From NCBI RefSeq assembly GCF_003057965.1, contig NZ_CP020921.1, positions 1,290,916 to 1,354,915 of the forward strand: DNA of 64,000 bases, read 5' to 3'. The DNA comes from Thermodesulfobium acidiphilum. Lineage in GTDB: Bacteria > Thermodesulfobiota > Thermodesulfobiia > Thermodesulfobiales > Thermodesulfobiaceae. Positions 31,736 to 39,673 of the stretch are shown here, in pieces. Made by a program: the position numbers and the translations under genes. The notes under the pieces are model-generated. The model saw nothing but the letters and a program-made list of their open reading frames with translations, made no database searches and was not told where the DNA came from. Each line of letters starts with the position of its first letter. The first letter of the stretch is position 1.

Positions 31736-31924
31736 TTAGAGCTCAGTTACCGTAACTGCACCAGTTGGACAAACTGAAACACAGGTCATACAGCCAACAC
31801 AATCATCCGCCCTTGTTGGCTGAGATTTACCATTGACCATGTCAAAAACTTGATTTGGACAATTATCTGCGCATGCACCATCTCCGTTACAAAGATCCTG
31901 ATCTACTTTTACTACATAAACCAT
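31736..31924 (-). CDS. Small dicluster ferredoxin
   Basis: CNGDGACADNCP and CVGCMTCVSVCP; AAGGAGGT RBS. Confidence 0.93.
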   Translation of the reverse strand: MVYVVKVDQDLCNGDGACADNCPNQVFDMVNGKSQPTRADDCVGCMTCVSVCPTGAVTVTEL

Positions 31925-31986
31925 GAAAATTACCTCCTTCGAGTATATTAAATGAGTTATATTTTATCAAATTTAAATAAATAAAT

Positions 31987-32017
31987 AAATACCTCCCTCT
32001 TGATGAGGGAGGTATTT
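31987..32017 (-). terminator. Intrinsic terminator of the dsr operon
   Basis: Perfect 13-bp inverted repeat AAATACCTCCCTC/GAGGGAGGTATTT just after dsrD. Confidence 0.8.
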
Positions 32018-32031
32018 TGATTTAAAGTTAA

Positions 32032-32265
32032 CTATTTAGGCGTATAGTGCCAGTTTGGATCGTTGTGGTACTCATCCTTAAGTACTACAAATGAAGTAGT
32101 AACGTAGATGTACTCAACTATCCCTTCATTTGCTAACTCAGCAATTGCAGCATCTACAGCCTTTTTGTCCTCACCAATTTTTTCTGCAATCTGCCTATTT
32201 TTTGCCTGTTTAACAGTTTTTAAATACTCACATATCTTAATCTTTATCGATGGATCAGCAGCCAT
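32032..32265 (-). CDS. dsrD: DsrD-like winged-helix protein (divergent)
   Basis: 77 aa immediately after dsrB; IAELANEGIVEYIYVTTSFVVLK resembles the DsrD segment LVNxxVLEYWSSGSTTMYGLK. Confidence 0.72.
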   Translation of the reverse strand: MAADPSIKIKICEYLKTVKQAKNRQIAEKIGEDKKAVDAAIAELANEGIVEYIYVTTSFVVLKDEYHNDPNWHYTPK

Positions 32266-32301
32266 CTATTTTCACCGCCTTTATTTTAAAAGCCAATTTA
32301 A

Positions 32302-33360
32302 TTACCACTTAAATGTAGCAGTGGAGCGGAAAGTTGGAACGGAGAAGATATAATCATCGATATGCTTATCGGTAAATGGCAAGCCCGTAACCTGGAAAAA
32401 CTTCTCCCAACCAATTCTATTAATCCACTCGCCGTAGCGCTCCCCTTCCTTTGCATCCTTTGCATAGACATCAATAAGTAATCTTATAGTCTTAACCAGC
32501 GTTGGCCATCTTGGAGGTTCGTTTGGAATATAAGGAACAGCCAACTTAGAAAACATCGCTGGATGCCTTGCATCAGAAACCTTACCACCTACAAATATTG
32601 CAGCTCCATCGTTCTTTGGATCAAATATTGGCATTGCAGGGCACATAGTATAGCAGTTACCACAGTACATACACCTTTCATCGTTTACAACGACAGATTT
32701 TTTGGCTGGTTCTGGTCTAATTGCTCTTGTAGGACATGCAGCTACCACGTTAGGTATTTCACACATCTTAGAAATTTTATCGTCCTGAACTTTTGGCGGT
32801 ACTCTGTGAACGCCTACTATCGCGACATCAGAACAATGAACTGCGCCGCACATATTCAAGCAGCATGCCAAAGCAAGCCTGAGCCTCGCTGGAAGTTTTG
32901 CTTCCTTGTAGTACTCAAAAACCTCATCCATAACTGATTTTACTATACCAGATGCGTCAATTGCAGGAGTGTGGCAGTGAATCCAACCTTGAGTGTGAAG
33001 CATATTTGAAATAGTATTGCCTACTCCACCAGGTGTATAGCCCATTGCGTGAAGTTCTGCCTTCAAGGGTTCAATGTTTGCTTCATCTTCAATAAGAAAT
33101 TCGACTGAATGTCTGCTAGTAAATCTGAAGAATCCACCACAATATTTATCAGCAAGATCACAAAAAGCCCTTACTGTATCAATATGCATAAGCCTTGGTG
33201 TGGCAGCTCTAACTGTATATAGCTTTTCACCGCTTTCTGATACATGAACTAATGTTCCAGTATCCAAAACTTCATGATATTTCCACTTGCCGTAATTCCT
33301 TTTACAAAGATCGGACATCATGTCCAAATATTTTGGTGGTCCAAAATCTGTTTTAACCAT
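32302..33360 (-). CDS. dsrB: Dissimilatory sulfite reductase beta subunit
   Basis: [43 protein letters not shown]. Confidence 0.97.
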   Translation of the reverse strand: MVKTDFGPPKYLDMMSDLCKRNYGKWKYHEVLDTGTLVHVSESGEKLYTVRAATPRLMHIDTVRAFCDLADKYCGGFFRFTSRHSVEFLIEDEANIEPLKAELHAMGYTPGGVGNTISNMLHTQGWIHCHTPAIDASGIVKSVMDEVFEYYKEAKLPARLRLALACCLNMCGAVHCSDVAIVGVHRVPPKVQDDKISKMCEIPNVVAACPTRAIRPEPAKKSVVVNDERCMYCGNCYTMCPAMPIFDPKNDGAAIFVGGKVSDARHPAMFSKLAVPYIPNEPPRWPTLVKTIRLLIDVYAKDAKEGERYGEWINRIGWEKFFQVTGLPFTDKHIDDYIFSVPTFRSTATFKW

Positions 33361-34550
33361 TATTGGTTCACCTCCTCTTTATCCCAGAAGTAGAATGGAT
33401 TGGCACGTGGATGTAAGACCATCTGAGGAACAGCAGGAAGTCCTGTCGCCTTCAAGAAGCTCCTCATACCCAATCTGTAAATAAGCTCACCAACTCTTTC
33501 CCTCATTTTTCCGTTCTCGTCCCACCATTCCCAAATCTTCTCGAGGAGTTCAGAAACTTCATCATAAGGAGGCTTCATTTCCATAAATGGAACAATAACC
33601 CAGGACATAAATGCCGATTGTAGAATAGGAGCATGAGCACCAATCAATATAGTGGCACCTGTTATTTTGCCCTGTCGAAGAGCTTTTGGCATCTTATTTA
33701 TACAGTTGTGGCACCTTACACAGTTGCTGTTATCGATTGAAAGAGATTTGGTTACTGGATTGTAAGAAATACACTTTGTCGGACATTTATCAACTACCTG
33801 ACCAATAATGTCAAATCCACCATTTACATAATTTATAACTTCTGTTCTGTTAATTTGAATGTTATCTTTCCAGGTACCGATAATTGAAAAGTCAGCTCTA
33901 GCTTTTGCGGCTACGCCATCGTTCGCACAGCCTGAAATCTTAATCTTAAACTTATATGGCCACATTGGTCTGTGGAGCTCATTTTGATACCTTCTTGTAA
34001 GAGTATCTACAATATCAAGCGTATCAATACACGCCCACTCACACCTGCCTGGTCCTACGCACGCACTTGGGGTTCTAAGATCTGAACCCGATCCGCCCAA
34101 GTCCCAACCTTCATGTGCAAGGTCATCTACGACAGGCTGTAATTGATCGGTATGAGTACCAAGCAAAATAATATCGCCTGTTGCACCGTGAAAGTTCGTC
34201 AAACCGCTTCCACGCTTCTCCCATATGTCGAGAAATTTTCTTAGCCTATCTGTTTTATAAAACCATCCAGCAGGCTGATTGATTCTCATGGTGTGAAATT
34301 CAGTCAATCCTGGAAATTTTTCAGGGACATCAGAATAACGACCGATTACTCCACCACCATAACCCGTAACACCTACAATTCCACCGTGTTTCCAGTGCGT
34401 AACCTTTTCTTCGTACGAAAGCTCTAACTGACCAAGAAGGTCATTACAAGCTTCGTTTTTTTCAGCACCTTTTTTGATCTCTTTCACAAAGCTTGGAAAT
34501 GGACCATCAAGAAGCTGATCTAGCATTGGCGTTTTTCTTAATTCTGGCAT
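33360..34550 (-). CDS. dsrA: Dissimilatory sulfite reductase alpha subunit
   Basis: [48 protein letters not shown]. Confidence 0.97.
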   Translation of the reverse strand: MPELRKTPMLDQLLDGPFPSFVKEIKKGAEKNEACNDLLGQLELSYEEKVTHWKHGGIVGVTGYGGGVIGRYSDVPEKFPGLTEFHTMRINQPAGWFYKTDRLRKFLDIWEKRGSGLTNFHGATGDIILLGTHTDQLQPVVDDLAHEGWDLGGSGSDLRTPSACVGPGRCEWACIDTLDIVDTLTRRYQNELHRPMWPYKFKIKISGCANDGVAAKARADFSIIGTWKDNIQINRTEVINYVNGGFDIIGQVVDKCPTKCISYNPVTKSLSIDNSNCVRCHNCINKMPKALRQGKITGATILIGAHAPILQSAFMSWVIVPFMEMKPPYDEVSELLEKIWEWWDENGKMRERVGELIYRLGMRSFLKATGLPAVPQMVLHPRANPFYFWDKEEVNQ

Positions 34551-34624
34551 TTAATCAGTACACCCCCTTAAGGTGAAATAAAATTTTGTTTAAAGAAATG
34601 GGTAAGCTTATCACCTCCCCTGAA

Positions 34625-34942
34625 TTAAACACATCCTGTCGGTTTAGGTAATCCTGCAATTTTACAAGCACCCTTTGCAGGACCAGTTGGAAACAGCTCG
34701 TAAATCTTCTTGAGGTCCACTCCGTTATCCTTACAGAGTTTTCTAACCATTGGAGCAATCTGGTACTTCTTAAAATAGTCATGCAAATAATTTACTATCT
34801 TCCAGTGCTCTTCTGTCAACTCTTCCACCTGTTCAGTCTTCGCAAGATAACGGGCTACATCCTCGTTCCACTGTTCTGGATCCTGGATGAAACCGTCCTC
34901 ATCAACTTCTAATTGTTTACCATTAACTTCGATAAATGGCAT
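34625..34942 (-). CDS. dsrC: DsrC sulfur carrier
   Basis: C-terminal arm GPAKGACKIAGLPKPTGCV with both conserved Cys. Confidence 0.96.
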   Translation of the reverse strand: MPFIEVNGKQLEVDEDGFIQDPEQWNEDVARYLAKTEQVEELTEEHWKIVNYLHDYFKKYQIAPMVRKLCKDNGVDLKKIYELFPTGPAKGACKIAGLPKPTGCV

Positions 34943-34987
34943 AATCTAACACCTCCAAAATTTATTTTCAAAGTAAGATACAGCAAA

Positions 34988-36493
34988 TTAGGATTTCGCA
35001 TACTTTCCTGCAGGGAATGGAAAGTCCACAATAGCATCGCCCACCAGATCAACCAAACCCTTAATTTTTACGTGATCGAGTTCTTTTTTATATCCATCGT
35101 GAACTATAAAAGTATTATGCGCCTTGCCAATAGAACATATAACTACAGCTATATCAGGATTTACTGACTTATACTGTTCAGCTTTGTTTTTCGAAAGTTT
35201 AATTCTCAGATTAATACTTTCAGGGTCATCCCATAATATTCCAGCTCCACCTCCACAACACCAGTTCATCTCACGATTAGGAGTCATTTCAACAAAAGAA
35301 CCTTCTGGCAATATCTTCGAAAGCACATATCTGGGTTCTTCAATAAGACCTCCTGCTCTAGCATTGTTACAAGAGTCGTGAAGCGTTACTCTCATGCCCT
35401 CATATCTCGACGGATCCACTTTAATAATTCCATTATCTATTAGCTCAATCAATTTATGAACAAGGTGTATATAGTGAAATCTTTTATCAACCCATTCACC
35501 GTTTATAGTTTTGGTCATCATCTTCCACGTTCTCCATCCATGAGCACACTCGCCCAACACAACTTCTCTACAATTCTTCATTTTAAAAGTCTGATCTATA
35601 AGGCGCTTGTTTAACATCCTCATCGTATTCTCGTGTAAGAATAAACCAAAGTTACCTGTTTCTATTATATCGCTTGAAATCGTCCACCTTATTCCTGCAG
35701 CATGCATTACTTTTGCCACACCCATCATAGTATCAGGATAGGCAAAAAAGTCAGCAGAAGAAGGATTATAAAGTAACTCAGCATCCCAGTCATCAACCGG
35801 TATCTTTATGTCCACACCTGTTTCTTCCTTTAGTTCTTCTTCAAGAAATTCTACAGTATCCATCAAACCAGGTTTGGTGATAACCATGTGATTGCCAGTC
35901 TTCCACATAGAGGTCAACACGCTCCAGTGAAATTGAGAAACAAAACCACACTGAACGAGTATCTCTCTGCCATATCTTGTAATCTCAGCAGTATCTATTC
36001 CCATAGGACAATAATACGAACACCTTCTACATTGCGAACACTGATAGAAATAGTAATACATTTCCTTAAGGCCCTCAAAGGTAACTCTTTCTGCCCCAAC
36101 AATAGGCCCAAGAATTGCTCCCTGAGTAGTAAAGTATTTCTTGTAATACCTCCTTAAGAGATCAGCTCTCATCACAGGTATATTTCTAAGCTCACCCGTT
36201 CCCTGGTAAGTATGACAGGCGTTCACACATGCTCCGCACTTCACACAGCTTTCCATATAAACTTTCAATTGTCTATGCTGAGCCAAAACTCGAGCAAACG
36301 CGCTCACAAAGCGTGATTCTAATTCTGTTTCGTCAAAAGGTTTGTCTAATGGTTCAAGAGGATAAATTTTTGGGGCCAAAAAGGGTACTAAATGCTTTTC
36401 GCCCTTATCCATAGTTTGAACTGTTTTTAATCTTTCATCTTCCCACCATCTCTGGGGAAATCTTCCCTTTTCTACGTTTCTATCGAAGTTCAT
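34988..36493 (-). CDS. dsrK: DsrK (HdrD-like FeS/CCG protein)
   Basis: CVKCGACVNACH, CSQCRRCSYYCPMGIDT, GECAHGWR, HDSCN..WCCGGG. Confidence 0.92.
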   Translation of the reverse strand: MNFDRNVEKGRFPQRWWEDERLKTVQTMDKGEKHLVPFLAPKIYPLEPLDKPFDETELESRFVSAFARVLAQHRQLKVYMESCVKCGACVNACHTYQGTGELRNIPVMRADLLRRYYKKYFTTQGAILGPIVGAERVTFEGLKEMYYYFYQCSQCRRCSYYCPMGIDTAEITRYGREILVQCGFVSQFHWSVLTSMWKTGNHMVITKPGLMDTVEFLEEELKEETGVDIKIPVDDWDAELLYNPSSADFFAYPDTMMGVAKVMHAAGIRWTISSDIIETGNFGLFLHENTMRMLNKRLIDQTFKMKNCREVVLGECAHGWRTWKMMTKTINGEWVDKRFHYIHLVHKLIELIDNGIIKVDPSRYEGMRVTLHDSCNNARAGGLIEEPRYVLSKILPEGSFVEMTPNREMNWCCGGGAGILWDDPESINLRIKLSKNKAEQYKSVNPDIAVVICSIGKAHNTFIVHDGYKKELDHVKIKGLVDLVGDAIVDFPFPAGKYAKS

Positions 36494-36496
36494 GCC

Positions 36497-37306
36497 CTAT
36501 TTACCTCCCTTCCACTCACAAACCTTACTTCTCCAGTCGAAAACCATAACTTTTCTTGGATCATAGTTGGTAATCATCCAACGAGCGAAGAATATACCAC
36601 AAGAATGCATAAGTTTACTAAAAGGAAAATAAATAAGCAAAATTTCTACAAGAAATAGATGCCAAGTAAAAATGGGGTTATCAGGGAGAGGCACAGGATG
36701 TAAAGTAAAAAGACCTATTATCCACTTTTGAGCAACGTCATATTCTACTCCATAAGTAGAATTAAATCTCATAAAGTTCCCCATACAAGAGATGCCCAAA
36801 ATTAGCAAAACAACCAAGTAATCAATACCATCTGACATGACTCTGACAATAGGATTAAAAAATCTTCTCAGTAATAGATAAATTAAGCTTAAACTAAGGA
36901 AAACTCCCGAAATAGTTCCTAACAGTTCTGACATATGTAAGCTTGTTTCAGGACTTACCCCTAAAATGGTGAACTGATGGCCCAAAGTTCCAATCCCAAC
37001 AATATGACCTATAACAATAAGAGCAAACGATACGTGAAAAATCCATCCTCCAAGCCATAAATCAGTCCATTTTCCGGTATAAACGATTGAATTATAGATT
37101 TTTAAAAGAATCGGACGAAATAAAAAAGCATCAAGAAGTACCTTTATAAAAGCTCCCTCTGCAGTTCTTGGTGCTGGAAAATCTGTCAAAGGATATACCA
37201 CGGGAATCTTCATCCACCTATAAACTTGAAGTGGAACCCCCACAAAAAAAACAACAATTGCTAAATAAGATAAAACATTACCGACTAAAAAAGAGAACCA
37301 ATCCAA
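36497..37306 (-). CDS. dsrM: DsrM (NarI-like diheme cytochrome b)
   Basis: WIFH..IGH and WHLF..FPFSKLMH heme-His pattern; probable TTG start at 37306 after GGGGTGA. Confidence 0.9.
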   Translation of the reverse strand: MDWFSFLVGNVLSYLAIVVFFVGVPLQVYRWMKIPVVYPLTDFPAPRTAEGAFIKVLLDAFLFRPILLKIYNSIVYTGKWTDLWLGGWIFHVSFALIVIGHIVGIGTLGHQFTILGVSPETSLHMSELLGTISGVFLSLSLIYLLLRRFFNPIVRVMSDGIDYLVVLLILGISCMGNFMRFNSTYGVEYDVAQKWIIGLFTLHPVPLPDNPIFTWHLFLVEILLIYFPFSKLMHSCGIFFARWMITNYDPRKVMVFDWRSKVCEWKGGK

Positions 37307-37369
37307 TAGACACTCACCCCTTCGTTTTCGTTTGAAATTTTCACCCCATGGGTTTTTACTATTATTTAA

Positions 37370-37398
37370 ACTATAACAAAATTTATTAGAATTAACAA
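37370..37398 (-). promoter_or_regulatory. Promoter of dsrMKCABD
   Basis: TTGTTA, 17 bp spacer, TATAGT with TGn extension. Confidence 0.55.
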
Positions 37399-37470
37399 GC
37401 AAAACTTATATAACTTTTAATAAAATAATATTATATTTCCATAAAAAATACTTATTAAATAATAAATAAT

Positions 37471-38211
37471 TTATATATTTAGTTGCTTTTTCATTTCTTC
37501 CTCAAGAAGCAACCTTGCCCAGGAAGCCATATGCTGATGCATTACTTCCCAATTGTTATACCCTTGATGAAGCCAATTTTTGATCTTTATTCTCTCGCTA
37601 TCTTTGCTATATGGACATTCTGTTTCTATAGGATTTATGCCTTGAATCTTTTTTGAGAGTATTTTAATATGTTCTTCTTCAACCAAGAGCAACGGTCTAA
37701 TTAGGTAAATGTCTCTTCTTGACAAATATTTAATAGGAACAAGAACATTAGGTCTTCCATTCATAGCTATTGTCATTACTATTCCCTCTAAGAGATCGTC
37801 TAGATGGTGACCCAAAGCTAAATGAGTAGCTCCCATTATCTTTGCTCCATCTACCAATGCTCCTCGCCTAAGATGAGAACAAATCGCACAGGGAGATTCA
37901 GTCTTTGATAAGGAATTATATATGTAAGATTTCTTCTCTATATAAGGTATATCATTTAAAAGCAAATAATCTTTAATTTTATTATAACTAAAGCCTGGAA
38001 ATCCTTGATCAACCAGGATTGCACAAAGCTTATATTTTTCTTTTCGATGTCTTAAAACCTCATTTAGGGCCCAAAGCGTAATTAAACTATCTTTTCCTCC
38101 AGATAAACCAACAGCAAGAGTAGTACCATTTGGAAGTATTGAATATTTATAATCAAGCTCTAATATTTTGTTAAGAGTTCTTTTAATCAGTCCCAATAAT
38201 AATTCCACCAC
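37471..38211 (-). CDS. ttcA: TtcA-family tRNA thiolation ATP pyrophosphatase
   Basis: SGGKDS PP-loop, PCAICSHLRRG, GHHLDD, IRPL, ECPY. Confidence 0.75.
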   Translation of the reverse strand: MVELLLGLIKRTLNKILELDYKYSILPNGTTLAVGLSGGKDSLITLWALNEVLRHRKEKYKLCAILVDQGFPGFSYNKIKDYLLLNDIPYIEKKSYIYNSLSKTESPCAICSHLRRGALVDGAKIMGATHLALGHHLDDLLEGIVMTIAMNGRPNVLVPIKYLSRRDIYLIRPLLLVEEEHIKILSKKIQGINPIETECPYSKDSERIKIKNWLHQGYNNWEVMHQHMASWARLLLEEEMKKQLNI

Positions 38212-39196
38212 CTAGTAGTTCTCTATTGTCTAAAGAATAAAATGACGCAATTTGCCCTGGAGTTGGAGCAAAAACCTTTTCATGAAAATTTGCGTACAAT
38301 TTACTTTCTCGAAAATGTATATCACAAATAACCGGTTTTGCCTGATATCTTATCTGCACTAAACATCTATTTGGAAGCTTGTTAAAAAAATTAAGATCTG
38401 CTACAACTATTAAACTTTTGTAGCAAAACTCCCTTGTATTCAAATATACTTCATTTTTTTCGTGATTTAAACTCTCTACATAGAGCTTTACAGGTTCTTT
38501 GTGCCCAAGTCCTCTGCTTTCTCCAAGCGTATAAAGATATGAACCCCAATGATTTGCAACTACTCTATTTTTATACAAAAATTTTCCAAATTTTACTCCA
38601 CATTTATCTTGAATTAACTTTTTATAACCCTTTTTTACAAAACAAAGGTCCTGACTGGATGAAATATCTTTCCAAAATAAATATTTTTCTTCCATAACTC
38701 TTTTTACATACTTCTTTGTAAAATTTCCTAGTGGGAAAATAGCGTTTTTAAGATAGATCGAAGGAACTAAAGCCAAAAAGTAACTTTGATCCTTTTTTTC
38801 ATCAAATCCTCTAAAAATTTTAGTTGTACTATTGTGAAAAATTTTTACATAGTGACCCGTAGAAATATAGTCATAATTAGAGTCAGATCTTATCTTTTCT
38901 AATATTCTAAACTTTATTTTCATATTACAAAAAGCACACGGATTTGGAGTATACCCAGAAAGAGTCATATTAATAGATCTATCAATAACTTCCTTTTTAA
39001 ACTCCTTTATAGCATCGTAAAATTCAAATTTCGCTCCCAGAAGATCACTTAACATTTTCGCTCTCAAGAAAACCTCATGGTTATCAAATAGATTGATATA
39101 CAAACACATTACATCAAATCCACGTTCTTTAAGCAAAAAAGCGGTATAGAAACTATCTATACCGCCGCTAATTCCTACGACTACTCTTTTATTCAA
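38183..39196 (-). CDS. mnmA: tRNA 2-thiouridine(34) synthase
   Basis: SGGIDS, TPNPCAFCN, TGHY, KDQSYFL, SQDLCF, TPGQ. Confidence 0.93.
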   Translation of the reverse strand: MNKRVVVGISGGIDSFYTAFLLKERGFDVMCLYINLFDNHEVFLRAKMLSDLLGAKFEFYDAIKEFKKEVIDRSINMTLSGYTPNPCAFCNMKIKFRILEKIRSDSNYDYISTGHYVKIFHNSTTKIFRGFDEKKDQSYFLALVPSIYLKNAIFPLGNFTKKYVKRVMEEKYLFWKDISSSQDLCFVKKGYKKLIQDKCGVKFGKFLYKNRVVANHWGSYLYTLGESRGLGHKEPVKLYVESLNHEKNEVYLNTREFCYKSLIVVADLNFFNKLPNRCLVQIRYQAKPVICDIHFRESKLYANFHEKVFAPTPGQIASFYSLDNRELLGGGIIIGTD

Positions 39197-39219
39197 TTTT
39201 CAAAAATCAATAAAGTGAA

Positions 39220-39531
39220 CTAAGCTAAAAATGGTGAAATTTCTCTTGTTATCTTTTCCTTTGCTACCGCACCAACAATTCTCTTTTGCTCTTCTCCATC
39301 TTTATACAAAATTAAGGTTGGGATGCTTACAATCCTAAGACTTTGCGCAAGCAATCTATCATTATCTACATTTACTTTACATATTTTCAGTTTTCCAGCA
39401 TACTCTTTGTCCAACTCTTCCAGTATCGGCGCAATCATTCTACAGGGGCCACACCATGGTGCCCAAAAGTCCACCAAAGTAACACCACTTGATATCTCAT
39501 CCTTAAAATTTAGTTCGCTTAATTCTCTCAT
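39220..39531 (-). CDS. trxA: Thioredoxin
   Basis: WAPWCGPC. Confidence 0.96.
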   Translation of the reverse strand: MRELSELNFKDEISSGVTLVDFWAPWCGPCRMIAPILEELDKEYAGKLKICKVNVDNDRLLAQSLRIVSIPTLILYKDGEEQKRIVGAVAKEKITREISPFLA

Positions 39532-39673
39532 AGTTTATCACTCCTTAATAAAAAATTAGCGTCTTCAAAAAATTTATCAAATATACATAATATATTAAAC
39601 TAAATTTATATTTTAGACAATTATTAGTAAAGATGCTAATATTTATCAATTGCATTGGAAGGAGTGAGGTTAT

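Noticed and set aside
34555-34782. 75-aa ORF overlapping dsrC in another frame
   Set aside because: No RBS or recognisable motif; alternate-frame artefact
39532-39673. SAM riboswitch or T-box upstream of metE
   Set aside because: Spacer is short, very AT-rich and lacks the conserved motifs
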